DNA of 64,000 bases, taken from assembly GCA_000091205.1 (NCBI GenBank), contig AP006498.2; one strand, written 5' to 3'. The notes beneath the pieces are model-generated. The model was not told the origin of the DNA. It made no database searches and was given only the letters and a program-made list of their open reading frames with translations. Position 1 is the first letter of the stretch; every line of letters begins with the position of its first letter. Below, piece after piece: positions 22,009 through 34,689 of this stretch. The DNA is from Cyanidioschyzon merolae (Eukaryota). Made by a program: the position numbers and the translations under genes.

Positions 22009-24573
22009 GCACCACATTCGACTGCTTAGGTAAACAGGTTGAATGCCGCGAGCAGCGTGGCTTGTGGGCGCCTTTCGACGTACTTGAGCGAGCGTCGCAG
22101 GGGATCTCGATGCGACGCCTTGTTCAGTCTGCTGGACATCTGCGAGATACCGTGTCCGAGCAGTGCACCGGGCAGCATTGTCAACGGCGATGATGCTAAT
22201 CATCGTGACGCTGGTATACTGATTCATGTTGAATGATGGAATTACAATTTTGCGCACCAATCCCCAAGGGAAGCCGTTCCCGATGTACATGTAGGACACG
22301 CCAGCCGTTCCGGCATTGCTGGACCGTACCGTGCCAGTGCGCGGTCACGGGCGGGAATATGCGGTCGCGGCCTCGCTGCTGTCCACTGATTTCCTTGCTT
22401 CGGAAGTGGGCAGCGTTCCGGCACCATGCTCACAACGAGTGCTGAAGGATTTGCTCGAGACTTCGCTTGATATAAAGGCACCCGATGCCACAGGAGCACG
22501 ACTTAGATATGGATGCTTCTCGGGAGGTTCAAGTCGCAGTGCAGCATGTGCTTGCGCGCATTCTATCTGGTGAATGCACACCACAGCAAGCCTCTGATCT
22601 TCAATTGCATTGAAAGCTGACGTTCGATCCGCCTACGGTTCTCTACCTGGTGCATCCAGCTCTGCATCAAGCTCAACTTTTGTACCTGATTCAGCGCACA
22701 ACCGTGCTCGTGAAGCGTGCATGTCGTTCTCAACTCGTCGATGGGAATCGTACAGCGTCGACTCGTGCACTCGTTATACGCTCTCGTCGAAGGATGACGA
22801 GTGTAGCCTTTGCGCGCTGCAGCCTGTCCAGCACCATAGCTAACACCAAATGACGAAACGCATCGGCCGTTTCATTTTCCATCTCATTGAACAGGTACGG
22901 GAATGCACGCCTCGAGCCTGCATAGCACCGTAAGCATTAGTGGCCTCAGCGTGGTCTCATGTGCTCCCGACAAAGCTTTTCCGCATAAGCGCTTTGGATG
23001 CTCATACACGCACCGAATGAAACGTACGAATCATTGTCCTCTGCTCCATACATGACTGAGAGCGTCGAGATCGGGGTTCTGGTAACGTCGTCATTCCAGT
23101 TGATGATATACCTCGTCGTGATCATTGTGCTCGACTCACGAACATACCGAGCCAGGGAAAAGCTCATCAGATTCATCTGCTTTCCGTTCAGGCCTTTGGC
23201 CGCGTGCTCTTGACTTGGAGGTACGGCGACGTCTATGACGCCCTGGTACCACGAATTCATGCCCGGAATCAAGTCTTTCATTTCAGTTGCTTTTGGACAG
23301 TTGAAAATGCATCTCGTGGTTCGACTCGCTTCTTGGCTATACAATGTGCATTCAGATTGACATTTAGTCGTTCTCCATGGTCTCTGTATACCTCTTGTCA
23401 TGTCCTCCCCGTAAACGCGAATCCTTGACCGAGCTGCACCTGTGCCCTCCGCAAACTTTGATCAAATGCTTCATTGCTGTTGGAGGACATCGGCTCCTTT
23501 TCCCCATCTCCAATACCTGGTGGAGTCGCATAGATTTGGTCGCTATGCTGTATATTCGTTTTTGTCCTAGAGGTTCAGATGCACTGGGTAGACGGAAAGT
23601 GTGATCCACTGAGACGAATACTCATCTCGAATGTTCCCTGCGTTCGCAGTACACGACGACATCGACACTGTGCTGTTCATCGCGGAACAGGATCCGAATA
23701 AAGACTCGCAGTTTTCAGAGTCCCTTCATGCCTCCTGATCACCATTCGTACCAACGTTACGAAGACTTCACAAATCCTATCAATCTTTCGGCAGGATCGC
23801 ATGGTGAATGCAACGGGTGGAATCGATTGACCAGGGCCGAGTCATACCGAAAGAGCTTGATCAGTGCTTGTTTTCGGCGCATGACGTTCAGCGAAAGGAC
23901 CAGGAGGAGTGCGATTCGTCTACCACCTGCTGACCGAACTATGACTGACTTGTCGAAACAATGCCGTTTTTAGCGAACGAAAATTCACCGCATAAAGTCC
24001 TTCTGCGACCTTTCTCCCATTTACAGGATTTGTACCTCTAGTTGACTACTTTCGAGGAAAAAGAACGGAAACAATGAGGACGTGCTGCTACTGGTCCTCC
24101 GGGTTTCACCGATGATCATCGCGATGACTATGGTCAGTGAACCCCAGAGCTAGGCGCGGCATCGCTCCGTGATCATGCTCCGCCCTTCTATGAAACGCAG
24201 ATGCCAGTAGGTTTCGCGTCAACAGCATCAGAGTGCACAAGTCGCAAAGTGCTCCCGTTTCACTGCTTCACGCGACACGAAGCGGGTCCAGTGCGTGCTA
24301 CCCTAGCAAGTACTCGTGTTCTGCGAAACTCGAAACGCGTATCGGCGCTTTATCACCGAGACAAATCTTGAAAACAAGTACAGTGCTGTTATGTCGATCT
24401 CGTGCTCCCAGCGATAGCATCTTTGGAGCGATTTCGCGAAACAGTCACGTCGAGGAACTCGTATCCCCGACACTAGCGAAATACCCAGCGGAGCTTGCAT
24501 CTCGTTGGAAGCAGTGCACGGCAACTCCCCGCATGAGATGTCGAGATGAATGCATTGCGCACCATGAGATCGC

Positions 24574-27039
24574 TCAGAGAAGATGGTTCGTTTGAATTAG
24601 CGACAGATAGCCGGCTCCGTGCTCCACCGCCATCTCCATGACGGTAGACAAATGCTGCAGCATTCGAGCCAGGAGAGAAGGCGCCTCCAGAGAAGATCCA
24701 GCCGGTCGGGCGCGGCAGGGGCGCTCCAGTACCAGCGCCCGGTTCACGGCTGCGGCCACCAGGAGACGCCACCGCTGGAGTGACGCAGGAGCAAGCACTG
24801 CAGCATCTGCGTGCGTCACCAGAATGAGATGGTGGAGAAGGAGGAGCTGGACCAGCTGCCGGTGCTCTTCCGTACGGTTGCTCGTTTGCGCAGGGGCCTT
24901 ATTTCCAGGTGCTGACTTTCGACCATGTTTTCCGAGCGGGGGCTGAGAGGCATCCCGTTGCGCTTCGGCTGGACCGCTGCAGAGTGCAGACTTGCCGGCA
25001 GCAGTGCCTGCACACTCAAGAAGAAGCGGCCAGAGATGCCCACATGCGTACTGGAAAACAGAGTAAGATTCGCTGCTGCGCTCGCTTTGGTGTGCGAGCA
25101 CCTCGCGAAACTCTTGACACCGAAGTAGTATCGCGGCGAGTTGTTGATCTAGTGCCGTTTCTGAGGCGGGCCCACTGCAGTCGCCCAACGATGCCGGCGA
25201 TTGGAAGAATCGCGGATAGTGCTCGGCGCCCAGTGACCGTGCTTGCTCGATCTCACCTCGTAGAATATAGTCCATAATGGATGCACGAATGCTGGCATCC
25301 GAAAGCGCCTGTGGAAGTTTTTGCTGTCGCAGCTGATGACGCGGCGAAGAACGCGGCGGATCCATTTCGGGCGCTGCGTGTACATCCCCTTGTGACACCA
25401 AGCGCTCAAGGGGAAACACAGTTTTGGCAAATGCGCGTGCTGTTTCCACATATCCCTCCGTAAGCAGATAGTCTAGCACCACATTCTGCAGAGCGCATTG
25501 CTCATGAAGGACGCTCGAATGCTCGTCCTCATCGTCATTGTCCGCTGTAGCGGCCACGATCGAGTCAAGGAACATTTCAACCTCCTCGCGCACATAGGGT
25601 TCGATATCGAAACGAAACGGCTTCTGTCCAAAGTTTGCCTCAACGATTTCGCCAACGGTACGCATCCCCACGACCGGATACCAGCCCTCGTAGCTTGAGA
25701 GCCACTGTGGGGATCGCGTTGCTCCCGCAGCCCACGGAAGGTGTGACGCACCGCTCGTGCCAGCGCCGCCATCGCCACCGCTACTGCTGCTGCTACTATT
25801 GCTACTACCACTACGGGCGCCGCCGTTGCCTGCTCGCCGTTCACCGGGTATGGAGGCAACACCACGCCGGAGACGGGTCGGTCGCACGTTCCGAAAGGCA
25901 CGCTTCAGTCGGACACCTTCCTTGGTGAAAAACACGTCACCCGTGATGCAGTTCCAGCAACACCCTACGGTATCGCCAGTCGAGTAAGTGGGTCCATACG
26001 GAGACCCTACTCCCGAGTCGCGAAAAATATGCCCGTCGTCGCCATGATAGCCGATGCTGTTCTTTTCCCATCCGGGGAGACGTTCCAGGGCAACATCGCC
26101 CGCACACAGTCCTAGGCCGATAAAGCCCTCAGCACCCGCCGATACCACCGTCATTTCATAGTAGTAGATGCAAGCCTCGGTGGGGACAGGCACATTCGCG
26201 CGCACAGCAGCAGCGTCCGTATCCAGCTTACCAGGTCCAACGTAGTACGCTCGTCTCGGCCGATCGGTATGCTTCTCCAGATCGACGCCGACGGCCTTGT
26301 CGGTACTGGACCAGTGAGATGGAAAGCTGATCTCCGGCACAGACGCGGTTGCCTCCACTCCGGGGCGCTTATGGCCTACGCTGGCTGCTCGTGCACGACC
26401 TATCTCGATGACGCGACAGCTTGGACGCTGTCGACGATGACGACGGTGTCGAGCACTCGTTGGCGCTTCCTCGCTGGAGTCCGCCATGACCTCATCATCA
26501 TTCCCGGGATAAGTTTGCTCAGATGCAAACTCTGCCGCGGTTGAAGCGTCACCAATAGCGTTCCTTTCAAAAGGACCCACGTGGCCGTATGCCGCCAGAT
26601 AGGGCAATTCCTGGTCTTTCCAGCGCCGGTACCAGTCACCGAACTGGCGGACGCGCCAGTGCCGGCCATCCAGTCCAATCTGCAGCCACTCGCGTGCCAG
26701 ACCTTCGCTCCAATTAATTTTCAGTGGATCTTCGCTCGGTTGCTGCTCGTCGCTCACAACATCTGTCCCTGCCGCCGCGGTCTCCGCTGCGAAAGGCTGG
26801 AAACGGAAACGCTGTGCCCGCTCCCGCTTCGTGGTAGGCTGCAAGGGGTTCTCCAGCCATCCCTGCAGTCCCATGAGGGTGTAAAGTTCGAAAACGGTTG
26901 ATGCTGAAGTAGCGGGTGTCCTCGCTGCTGAAAACATTTCAGACGTGGCGTCTCCTCTGCTGGTGTCATACTGCGAAGCCTTTGAGTCCAGGCCCGAGTC
27001 CGGCGTTTCTGCTTCAGGGCACGGCCCGCTGCCGTGCAT
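24574..27039 (-). CDS. RanBPM/RanBP9-like scaffold protein (SPRY-LisH-CTLH-CRA; GID/CTLH complex type)
   Basis: SPRY region: VPTEACIYYYEMTVVSAGAEGFIGLGLCAGDVALERLPGWEKNSIGYHGDDGHIFRDSGVGSPYGPTYSTGDTVGCCWN. LisH: NVVLDYLLTEGYVETARAFAKTV. CTLH: IRASIMDYILRGEIEQARSL. The ORF track start is TTG; the first ATG is at about 27039 (MHGSGP). Confidence 0.8.
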   Translation of the reverse strand: MHGSGPCPEAETPDSGLDSKASQYDTSRGDATSEMFSAARTPATSASTVFELYTLMGLQGWLENPLQPTTKRERAQRFRFQPFAAETAAAGTDVVSDEQQPSEDPLKINWSEGLAREWLQIGLDGRHWRVRQFGDWYRRWKDQELPYLAAYGHVGPFERNAIGDASTAAEFASEQTYPGNDDEVMADSSEEAPTSARHRRHRRQRPSCRVIEIGRARAASVGHKRPGVEATASVPEISFPSHWSSTDKAVGVDLEKHTDRPRRAYYVGPGKLDTDAAAVRANVPVPTEACIYYYEMTVVSAGAEGFIGLGLCAGDVALERLPGWEKNSIGYHGDDGHIFRDSGVGSPYGPTYSTGDTVGCCWNCITGDVFFTKEGVRLKRAFRNVRPTRLRRGVASIPGERRAGNGGARSGSSNSSSSSSGGDGGAGTSGASHLPWAAGATRSPQWLSSYEGWYPVVGMRTVGEIVEANFGQKPFRFDIEPYVREEVEMFLDSIVAATADNDDEDEHSSVLHEQCALQNVVLDYLLTEGYVETARAFAKTVFPLERLVSQGDVHAAPEMDPPRSSPRHQLRQQKLPQALSDASIRASIMDYILRGEIEQARSLGAEHYPRFFQSPASLGDCSGPASETALDQQLAAILLRCQEFREVLAHQSERSSESYSVFQYACGHLWPLLLECAGTAAGKSALCSGPAEAQRDASQPPLGKHGRKSAPGNKAPAQTSNRTEEHRQLVQLLLLHHLILVTHADAAVLAPASLQRWRLLVAAAVNRALVLERPCRARPAGSSLEAPSLLARMLQHLSTVMEMAVEHGAGYLSLIQTNHLL

Positions 27040-27224
27040 GGCGATTTTCGAGGGGTTAGTCTCAACAGTGTATAGAGATAAAACAGGTATCAACGTCCGG
27101 TAACGTGCAACAGAATACTTTCGAGAACAACCTCGTACGAAACGTTAAGAAGAGTGCCTGACGGTACCGCTGGTGGCTTGCTGCACTGCGGGATGTCGGG
27201 CGCCCCCGGCAACGCACATCCACT

Positions 27225-27830
27225 TCGGCCCGTGAGGCGCTTGTTCCACTCTTTCATCTCAATTGGGTTCCACAACCAGGTACATGGAACCAAATGATTT
27301 TTTCGCAGTTTATAGCAGACTTGTCGGAAGTGTTCTCATTGGAAGGAATAAAAAATCCAAGGGAAATGAATGGATGTGAAAGTCGACGGACGCACAGGGC
27401 CGTCATTGCCGGATTCACCAAGGGAAACGAAAAAAGACCTCTTCTTGCCGACCGTCGAGTGAAGAAGAGCAAGTGACAAAGAAGAAGGAGATATCCGAGA
27501 GCGCTTGTTTGCCCAACGAAATGGTGGCGAGATGTTAGTGACACAGAGGGTACGAGTTCTAGAAAGCCTTGCATTCATGAGTTCCACCAGAGGCAATGAA
27601 CGTAAAGAGTTCGTATACCTGGACTTTACGCCGCCATCAATACCAGACAGTGTACGGTGCTGAAGACGAGACCCGAGGAGCTGACGCGAGCAAACTTCAT
27701 GGGGCAGCCTCTGATGCTCGGAGTTTGTCCGATGAAACAGTAACCGATAGCAGGCGGCGGGCAGAACAAGGCAGGGAGGCGTCTTCGAATGGGCATAAAT
27801 GTAACCTCCATGGTTGTGAAAAAGCTTTTG
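27225..27830. repeat. Dispersed repeat family X (copy 1)
   Basis: About 600 bp is homologous to 51990-52600, for example acccgaggagctgacgcga...ggcagggaggcgtct and gtgaaagtcgacgg...ccgtcattgccg. Confidence 0.6.
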
Positions 27831-28168
27831 TTTCGTCGACCACACTTGCTGCAAGCCAGAAGCGTTCCTTGTTTGAGAAAGCCTCGTGAGGTTTACCAAC
27901 GCATCCCACAAATAGCTTAGGAGACGGTGTGACTGCCCTGTTGCCCCCGCTCTGCAGACGTTTCTCTACTTGTGTAGGCACCGCGTGGAGAGTTACCTAG
28001 GACCGGCCAGTTTCAGCGGCGAATCCGCCTGGGATAAAGTCTCTGAAAACTGGTTGAACCGCTTGTGGACGCCACAAGGACACGAGGAAATTGTTTTCTG
28101 GAGGAAATCACCGGGACCCAGAACAGCGCATCCCTAAAGGAAAGCTCCCTGCTGGCTCACTGCCGCAG

Positions 28169-28468
28169 ATGCTCAGCGGTGAGCAGTCAAGTGCCTCTGG
28201 CCCCGGGTCCACTGCAGGGGAGTATGAGGGACAGGCGCCAGCAACGCGAACGCCAACGCACTTTCTGCGAAAAGTTCTTGGACGTCCAGTTGTGGTGAAA
28301 CTCAATAACGGTACGGAATACCGTGGAACGCTGGTTTGTTTAGATGGTTATCTGAACATAGTTTTGGAAAATTCTGCGGAATTTTTGAACGGAGAGCTCA
28401 AGCGACGCTATGGAGACACCCTCTTGCGTGGTAGTAATGTACTTTACGTAGGGACGATTCCCGATTGA
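28169..28468 (+). CDS. LSM6: Sm-like protein LSm6
   Basis: PTHFLRKVLGRPVVVKLNNGTEYRGTLVCLDGYLNIVLENSAEFLNGELKRRYGDTLLRGSNVLYV is a close match to the LSm6 Sm fold (PSDFLKQIIGRPVVVKLNSGVDYRGVLACLDGYMNIALEQTEEYVNGQLKNKYGDAFIRGNNVLYI). ATG at about 28169. Confidence 0.85.
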   Translation: MLSGEQSSASGPGSTAGEYEGQAPATRTPTHFLRKVLGRPVVVKLNNGTEYRGTLVCLDGYLNIVLENSAEFLNGELKRRYGDTLLRGSNVLYVGTIPD

Positions 28469-30539
28469 TGCGTTCGGGTAAAGCTGGTCTCTACACCCGC
28501 GTCAGACTAGAATGGAGCTCTGAAACTTCTCGCTGTTTTCCTGGCTTTGGATTCGTTCCAAACTTTGCTCAGTTGCACACTCTCGACATTCGAATGACGG
28601 CAAGAAGGGCTTACGGATTCACGCGTAGTAATTGACTGATCGGTCGTGTTCTAGGTGTGGCTCCTGCTCGACACGAACTTGTGTTCGGGGCTTATGGCGC
28701 CGCGACTGAGCACAACGGACCAGTTGGAACCTGTTTTGCGAAATTGGTTGGAGGTTGCGAATGGTGGATCTCCGAAGAGACACGTAGACAAGGGATGAAC
28801 GAGGCATTTATCAGAAACGTGTCGTGCTTGATTATCAAAAGAGGCACGCAACCCGAGCACACCAGGTATGCTGCGGAAACAAATGTGTACTGGTAAAAAA
28901 AGAAATACTGGAGCGTTTTGAACAGCCTAATGTATCGGTCTCAGAGAACGTCGCAACTCTCAGACGAAACGCATTCCTTCGTGAGGATCACCGCTGTTCT
29001 ACGACACTGTGGTCGTAAAGATATGCCTCAGTACTTTTTATTTCCCCTTACCGGAAAACGGAGTCCGCGCAGCAGGATATGCACTTGTCTCCTCGGAGCT
29101 CCAGCATCGAGCTTACCTCAAGCTCAAGACCGTGTGCTTCGCAAGCGTGTTTGAGCTTTTAAAAGTAAGGAACTTCACAGAGGCGCTGATGTGACGGATA
29201 CCCTTTTTGTTCTCACGCCAACCGGGCAGCTACTTGATACATGTTGTCCGGTCCGTGCAGTCATTCGTGGCGCAAGCGTTTCGGCTCCCTGGCTGAGCGA
29301 CCTTGCGGATGCCGAAGCCTTGACTCGTTTAATGACTCAAAGCGGACTGGATAACACAAAGGAGCACTCAGGAAAACATACGAACGGCGAATTTGGACAA
29401 CGTCAGCTTTCATCCCCGTACACGCGTACAGAATTCGATGTCCTAAAAGCGACAGGGCGACGACTCGGTCGCCAGCTGCACGGTATGAAGGCACTCTACA
29501 TGCCGGGCACTTCGTCGCAGCCCATTGGCTCGACCGATACAGAGAGCGTGATAAACCTCATTCGTGATTCCTCGACGACGAAGATGCCGAGAATAAGTTA
29601 GACATGATGGCTGCGAGGAGCATGCCCACGAAAGTGATGGCATTTCCGAATCTGGAAAGCTGCTCCAGAGTGCTTCAAAGGAAGAAATTCCTCGTTAACG
29701 AACGTATCCCTGCGCCGCCCGCACCAGCCGCTCGATTCGAGGTTTTTCTTTCGCTGGGCTGTGAAGGAAGTCGTCCTCGCAAAGGCGCTCTGATGACGCC
29801 CAGTAGAGAACAGGAGCGTCGAACAAGAAGCGCTGATCGACGGCATGGAATGCACGAAGCAAGCCATGCATTCTTCACCCGGAGATTCAGTGGAAATCAT
29901 GAACGGCTTTAGGATCGAAATGCAATGCAGTGCAATGAAAGGTGCGAATGGTGCGGAAAAACGAAGCAACGGGAGGTTCACATCACGGTGCGTGGATGCG
30001 TTCCCCTCCAGCGAGTCCGATAGGGTGGCGGTTTCCATCTCATCAAACGCAACATTCCTACGCGCTTCATGACCGCCTCGGAGCTTAAACGCATTCCCAC
30101 TCACCAGAGGCAACACATGTATGAACAACCAGCAACACGAGGACGCCGTCTCGGCAGCTCGATCTCCAATGCGATCTACATAGGTCTGGACGCAGACATA
30201 GCGAGCATCTACACCTGCGTTTCCGTGAGACCCGAAGAGCACCACAGTTCCCATGTGGTAACCGATAATGCGCCCAAACCAAGAGTTTTGGAACCCGCTG
30301 ACTTCCACCCACAGTCGCAAGTTCTACCCGCGCACCATTCATGTTCGTCTCCGTGGAAGCGGAGAAATCAGTGCATAATCCAATGAGCGACCAAAAGAGA
30401 ATTGAGTAGCACAAGCCGCAGGAGCATTGTCCCAGGCGGGCGGAACATGTGCACACGATGCCCATGAGTGATCCAGGAACCTCGATTACCGTAATGCTAA
30501 TCCGCACGTTTCGCGAGTCGCTCACACAGACGAAGAACA

Positions 30540-31010
30540 ACTTGCATGGGGACAGATGTCGAATGATCGAATGGAACAACGAGCGCTTGTGTATGCAGCG
30601 GACAGCGTGCTCGCCGAAAGGATGACCAAGAAGAGCCGCATGATCGAGGTTTACGGTACTGAGCACAGAAACGGAGATGGAAATTGGGTTGAACCATCTC
30701 CACAGGTCACGGGCATGTACCGAACGATATAACAAGCGTTCACGTACCATAGGGCGAAGCTCGGAGAAGCCTGTGTGTTTGACCCATGCACACACACACA
30801 CACACACCCGTCCACATCCTGGTTTCATCGCTATGACGGGCGCATCGAGCCTGCATGCAAAGAACATGAAAATGGCGAGCGAAGCGTGGATCGCAGCTTT
30901 CACTTGTGCATGAATTGCGTTGCCAATGGCCAGAAGCTGCGAAATCGGGACTTGAACGCTGTCATCAACATCCTTCGACGGATAAAAACAAAACCAGAAC
31001 GATAGCAGAG
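30540..31010 (+). pseudogene. Degenerate TnpB/Fanzor-like C-terminal fragment (family 2, copy 1)
   Basis: The translation ...ACKEHENGERSVDRSFHLCMNCVANGQKLRNRDLNAVINILRR shows a CxxC zinc finger followed by an RDxNAAxNI RuvC-III motif. The fragment is frameshifted upstream and contains a (CA)7 microsatellite. Confidence 0.5.
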
Positions 31011-31587
31011 ACCGCCAAACATGATGCCTGAGCTCAGGCCGAGGAAAAGGAAGCATTCTTGAAAAATCACGCAAAAGGTTTTGTCCATGAAAACCGGAAG
31101 AGGCCCAAGCATTAGCGTGTATGCCCAAGTTAGCAAGACGTGCATGTTCCATTTTATTCTGATATGGATGCCGTGAGCATTCCGCGCAGATGAAACGCTG
31201 CCGTGATGGGGTCTGCGACAGTCCCGTTTGCCGGGACATGCGGTGCAGAATACGTGGGAATTCAGATACGTCCCACTATAACTCCCGGAATCAGCGTTTC
31301 GAGGGCGGTTTCTCAGCTGCATGGAGGCTCATTGCTCCGAAGCTGGTTCGATGCTCATGCGCGATTCAATATTGCGAGCCGCGCATTTGTATGAAATGAC
31401 GAGTGCATCAGGTTAGGGTCGGCGGGCGGCGACCCGAGTTTGCGTGTCGAAGGCACTCGCCACCGACTCGCTAAATAAACCGCAGTCGCAGTGGCGCTAT
31501 CGCCTGTTCCATAGACGTAGTCACGACAAATTTGCTACATGCAAAGCATTCGAAATAGCGCTCACATGTGTTCCAGCATCGCGCTCC

Positions 31588-32379
31588 CTAATGACTCGCT
31601 GCGTGACCACCACTCGAAACAGCGCTCTCACCTGTTTCAGAGTCCGCTGGTGGCTCTTTCCGGTGACCCGACGTGCCTGCGTTCGAAGCGGTACTCGAGT
31701 CATCAGGGGCGGCGGTTACCGTCCATGTGGTATCGGCATTATCCGCGGCGATACTACCCGCACCGGTATACGGTTCGATCTTACCACGGATAAGTTGAGC
31801 TCGCTCATCAGCCACATTCGTTGGAATGGAGTACGTAATATCGTGAAGCACAGCCTCGACACGCTGGCTTGTTGGGTCAACTGCAAGCGCCGAGCCACAG
31901 AGCGAGAACGTACGTGTCTCGTAGACGACTCCCTTCAAGTCCAGGCAGAGACGAACCGCCCCCGAATCCGCGTTGTGGCTCCATTGCACGCAACCAATGG
32001 TGCCAGTATCGCCAGCCAGATCAAACTCGTCATTTTCGAAAACCAAAAGAGCAGTTTTCTCGCTCTCTTTCTTGATGCGGTCAATCCGGAGCTGGAGCCA
32101 CAGGACGTCGCCAGAGGGCTCGCTCGACTCGTCCGCTCTCGCCGCGTTTCGCAAGGGCGGGGTCTCGGCACTCATACCAGAGGGCACGTCCAATTCCGTT
32201 GCCGCATCAGGTACCCCTGCAGGAACCGTGTCGACCTGGGCGTGCTCCTCGGAAGAGGAGGGCGCAGGCTCGTCTGGAGCTTCTCGTTTTCGGCGGTTGC
32301 GCTCTTGGCGCGCCTTCTTGGGTCCCTTTGACTCATCCTTGGATGCCTGGCTTAAATAGCTTTCGATTGCAGTCTGCAT
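31588..32379 (-). CDS. Hypothetical protein (basic N-terminus, possible OB-fold-like C-terminal half)
   Basis: 263-aa ORF with an ATG start and a KR-rich NLS-like N-terminus (KGPKKARQERNRRKRE). It is preferred over the overlapping antisense 295-aa ORF (31444-32331), which is R/C-rich and junk-like. No family was recognised. Confidence 0.4.
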   Translation of the reverse strand: MQTAIESYLSQASKDESKGPKKARQERNRRKREAPDEPAPSSSEEHAQVDTVPAGVPDAATELDVPSGMSAETPPLRNAARADESSEPSGDVLWLQLRIDRIKKESEKTALLVFENDEFDLAGDTGTIGCVQWSHNADSGAVRLCLDLKGVVYETRTFSLCGSALAVDPTSQRVEAVLHDITYSIPTNVADERAQLIRGKIEPYTGAGSIAADNADTTWTVTAAPDDSSTASNAGTSGHRKEPPADSETGESAVSSGGHAASH

Positions 32380-34689
32380 ATGTGAAACAGAGGAAGCAAG
32401 TTGCCCATCAGTTGGCGGTTAACTGAGTAGGCGTGCTCAGAAGCAACACAACGCTTGCATATCCGCTCGAACGCACGCAGGTCGATCGGCACGCTCTGGG
32501 TTTTGGCATGGCGCACTTCCCGCCAAAGTGCGATAACAAGTTCCTCATTTTTGTTTGTTTGATGAAACGTTTACATTGTCCTCGGATCCCAGGTTGCACG
32601 ATGAATTGTGGCTATCGTGAAAGGGTTCATCATGTTGCACCCAAATTTTAAGTACCATGACGCATGCGTCCTCTCGGATGTCCAGGTCGTTCTGTGCGTT
32701 CGATCGTGCATCGAATGCCTGCGCTGAGCACCTGCAATAGCGCCTATGCTGCTGGTGCGGATGCAACACGGAGACAGAGCGGCATTGCCGTACCAATGAG
32801 GTCGTCGGCTCGAGGCGTGGTTCAACGCATTCGGTACTGGGACTCATCATACTTCTAGGAGCCTGAAAGGCTGTGCAGACAGACGTCCCCCCAGCGACCA
32901 CGCGAAGTGACATACTAGGAATCAACAGCGACCGGTGCGTCGCCGAGAAGCAGCCTATCCGCTGCGATTCCCAGACTAGACTGCGTTATGGACAAACTGC
33001 TCAGGTCTCGGCACTGCACCCGTCGCTGCAGAGGCACATGCAGCGGATGCCCGGTTGACTCGAGCGGCCGCAGGACCTTCCGCCTAGATGGTAAACTTTC
33101 GGACATAGGGAAAACTTTCCCCCTGCCAACGCTTACCGTAGAGGAAGAACGAAATCGTTATCGAGTTGCTAGTACGTTTTCCGTTTCTGATCTGTTGTCA
33201 ATGTTTACTCGATCGGATGCACGCTGAGGCTAGCAGCGCACCGCCGCGCCGTCCTAAAGCGATCAAAAAAGGCACAGTGTCGGAGGCGTTGCCGGACCGA
33301 TCAATTCGCTTTATGCAGCGGGAATACTGGAATGGAGGTCGTACAACGTGGAAACGTATGCACGGTACGAGCTGTCGCTTGGATGGGCATCGCCAGCATG
33401 AACGCAAGCAGGCAAGCTCGTCCCGTGTCACTGTTGGTGATTCCGCTCCCGAGTTGTTCACCTAGACTTGTCTTTTCAAATTTGCACAGGATACATGGGT
33501 ACCCGGCTAGAACCATTGCTTCTACATCAAAAGAAGCGCTGCGGCGTTGAAGCACGATCGGGCTGATGCCACAGACACTCCAACAGACATTGAGCGAAAA
33601 CCATGGTACACAAAATTAGGCAATGATTTGTGCGATCTTTCCATAACCTGCGAGCCATTGGAGACGAAAGAAGCAATTGAACCTCCGCAGGCAAAGGTTG
33701 AAGGGCCCTCATTTCACGCGCTCTACAGAATTCGAGCGGTTTCTGCGAACAACAGCTAAGAAATCGTTTCAATGATGCGACGCATATCAAAGTCTGGGTA
33801 TAGCATGGACCCTTTTTGCCCAAGTTTCCTCGCGACATGGAAAAAGCACAATGGGCGCAATAGACTGCACCTGAACACTCCAGACACATGAGCGCGAAAA
33901 ATAGCATCCTCGCGCTCGGCTACGTTTCTCCTGGACCTCTTGTAGATTAGAGTGGAACGCTGAACTGTGCGCGTTGTTCCAGTATTTCGATTTTTTTCGA
34001 ACCTTCTTTTGTCTACAGCTGCGACATTTGAACTTTGTCAATAAGAGCTCACGGATGAATACGTAGTTTTGGGATTCTCTGTCGTTGATTCGGTGTGACC
34101 TCGTCGCTGCTTCGTCGCTGGATTTCGTTGAATCAACGGGGTTACGATATATCTCGATGCCCTCGAACATGCTTTCGTAAACGAATCGATATCATTTTGC
34201 CATTTCATGCATAGAAGCCTCCGATCCTCTCCTTCCCTTCCATGACGCATGCTCAATTCAGACATTTTTCAAGTTCTCGATCTTTCTCTTCCGAGGCAAC
34301 TCCTGGGTGCAGCGGTTCGCGTCACCGGATTGGCAAGGGAAAATTCTCGAAGTCGCCCCTTGAAGCCTTGTTCAAAAGCGTATATGGAAAGCTCGCTGAA
34401 CTCTATGCGCAAAAGAATAGATACCGTTTGATAGACAAATCAGCAGCCGTTCATGGGCATCGACGAAACGGCAGGCAACAGCAGCTGGTACCACCCGCGG
34501 GATACGCTCCCAGGCGCTTCGGCCTCTTCGGTTTCCATGAAAGAGCGCCCCGGACTCAGCACTGATTTATCGCAGCAAACCGCATCCACTTTCGAATGCG
34601 TTACAGCTTTGCACAAAGAGAGCATTGACGAATCGGAATTTCTGGATCTCTTCTGCAAGCTGCATATTCCTTCTTGTACTTGTTCCAGC

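Noticed and set aside
22946-23401. 151-aa minus-strand ORF in an AT-richer stretch (possible small secreted or effector-like protein).
   Set aside because: There is no signal peptide and no recognisable motif. It is retained only as an unannotated ORF.
30085-31239. 384-aa minus-strand ORF.
   Set aside because: It is Cys/His/Trp-rich and junk-like. It spans a (CA)n microsatellite and runs antisense to the TnpB-like relic. No domain is recognisable.
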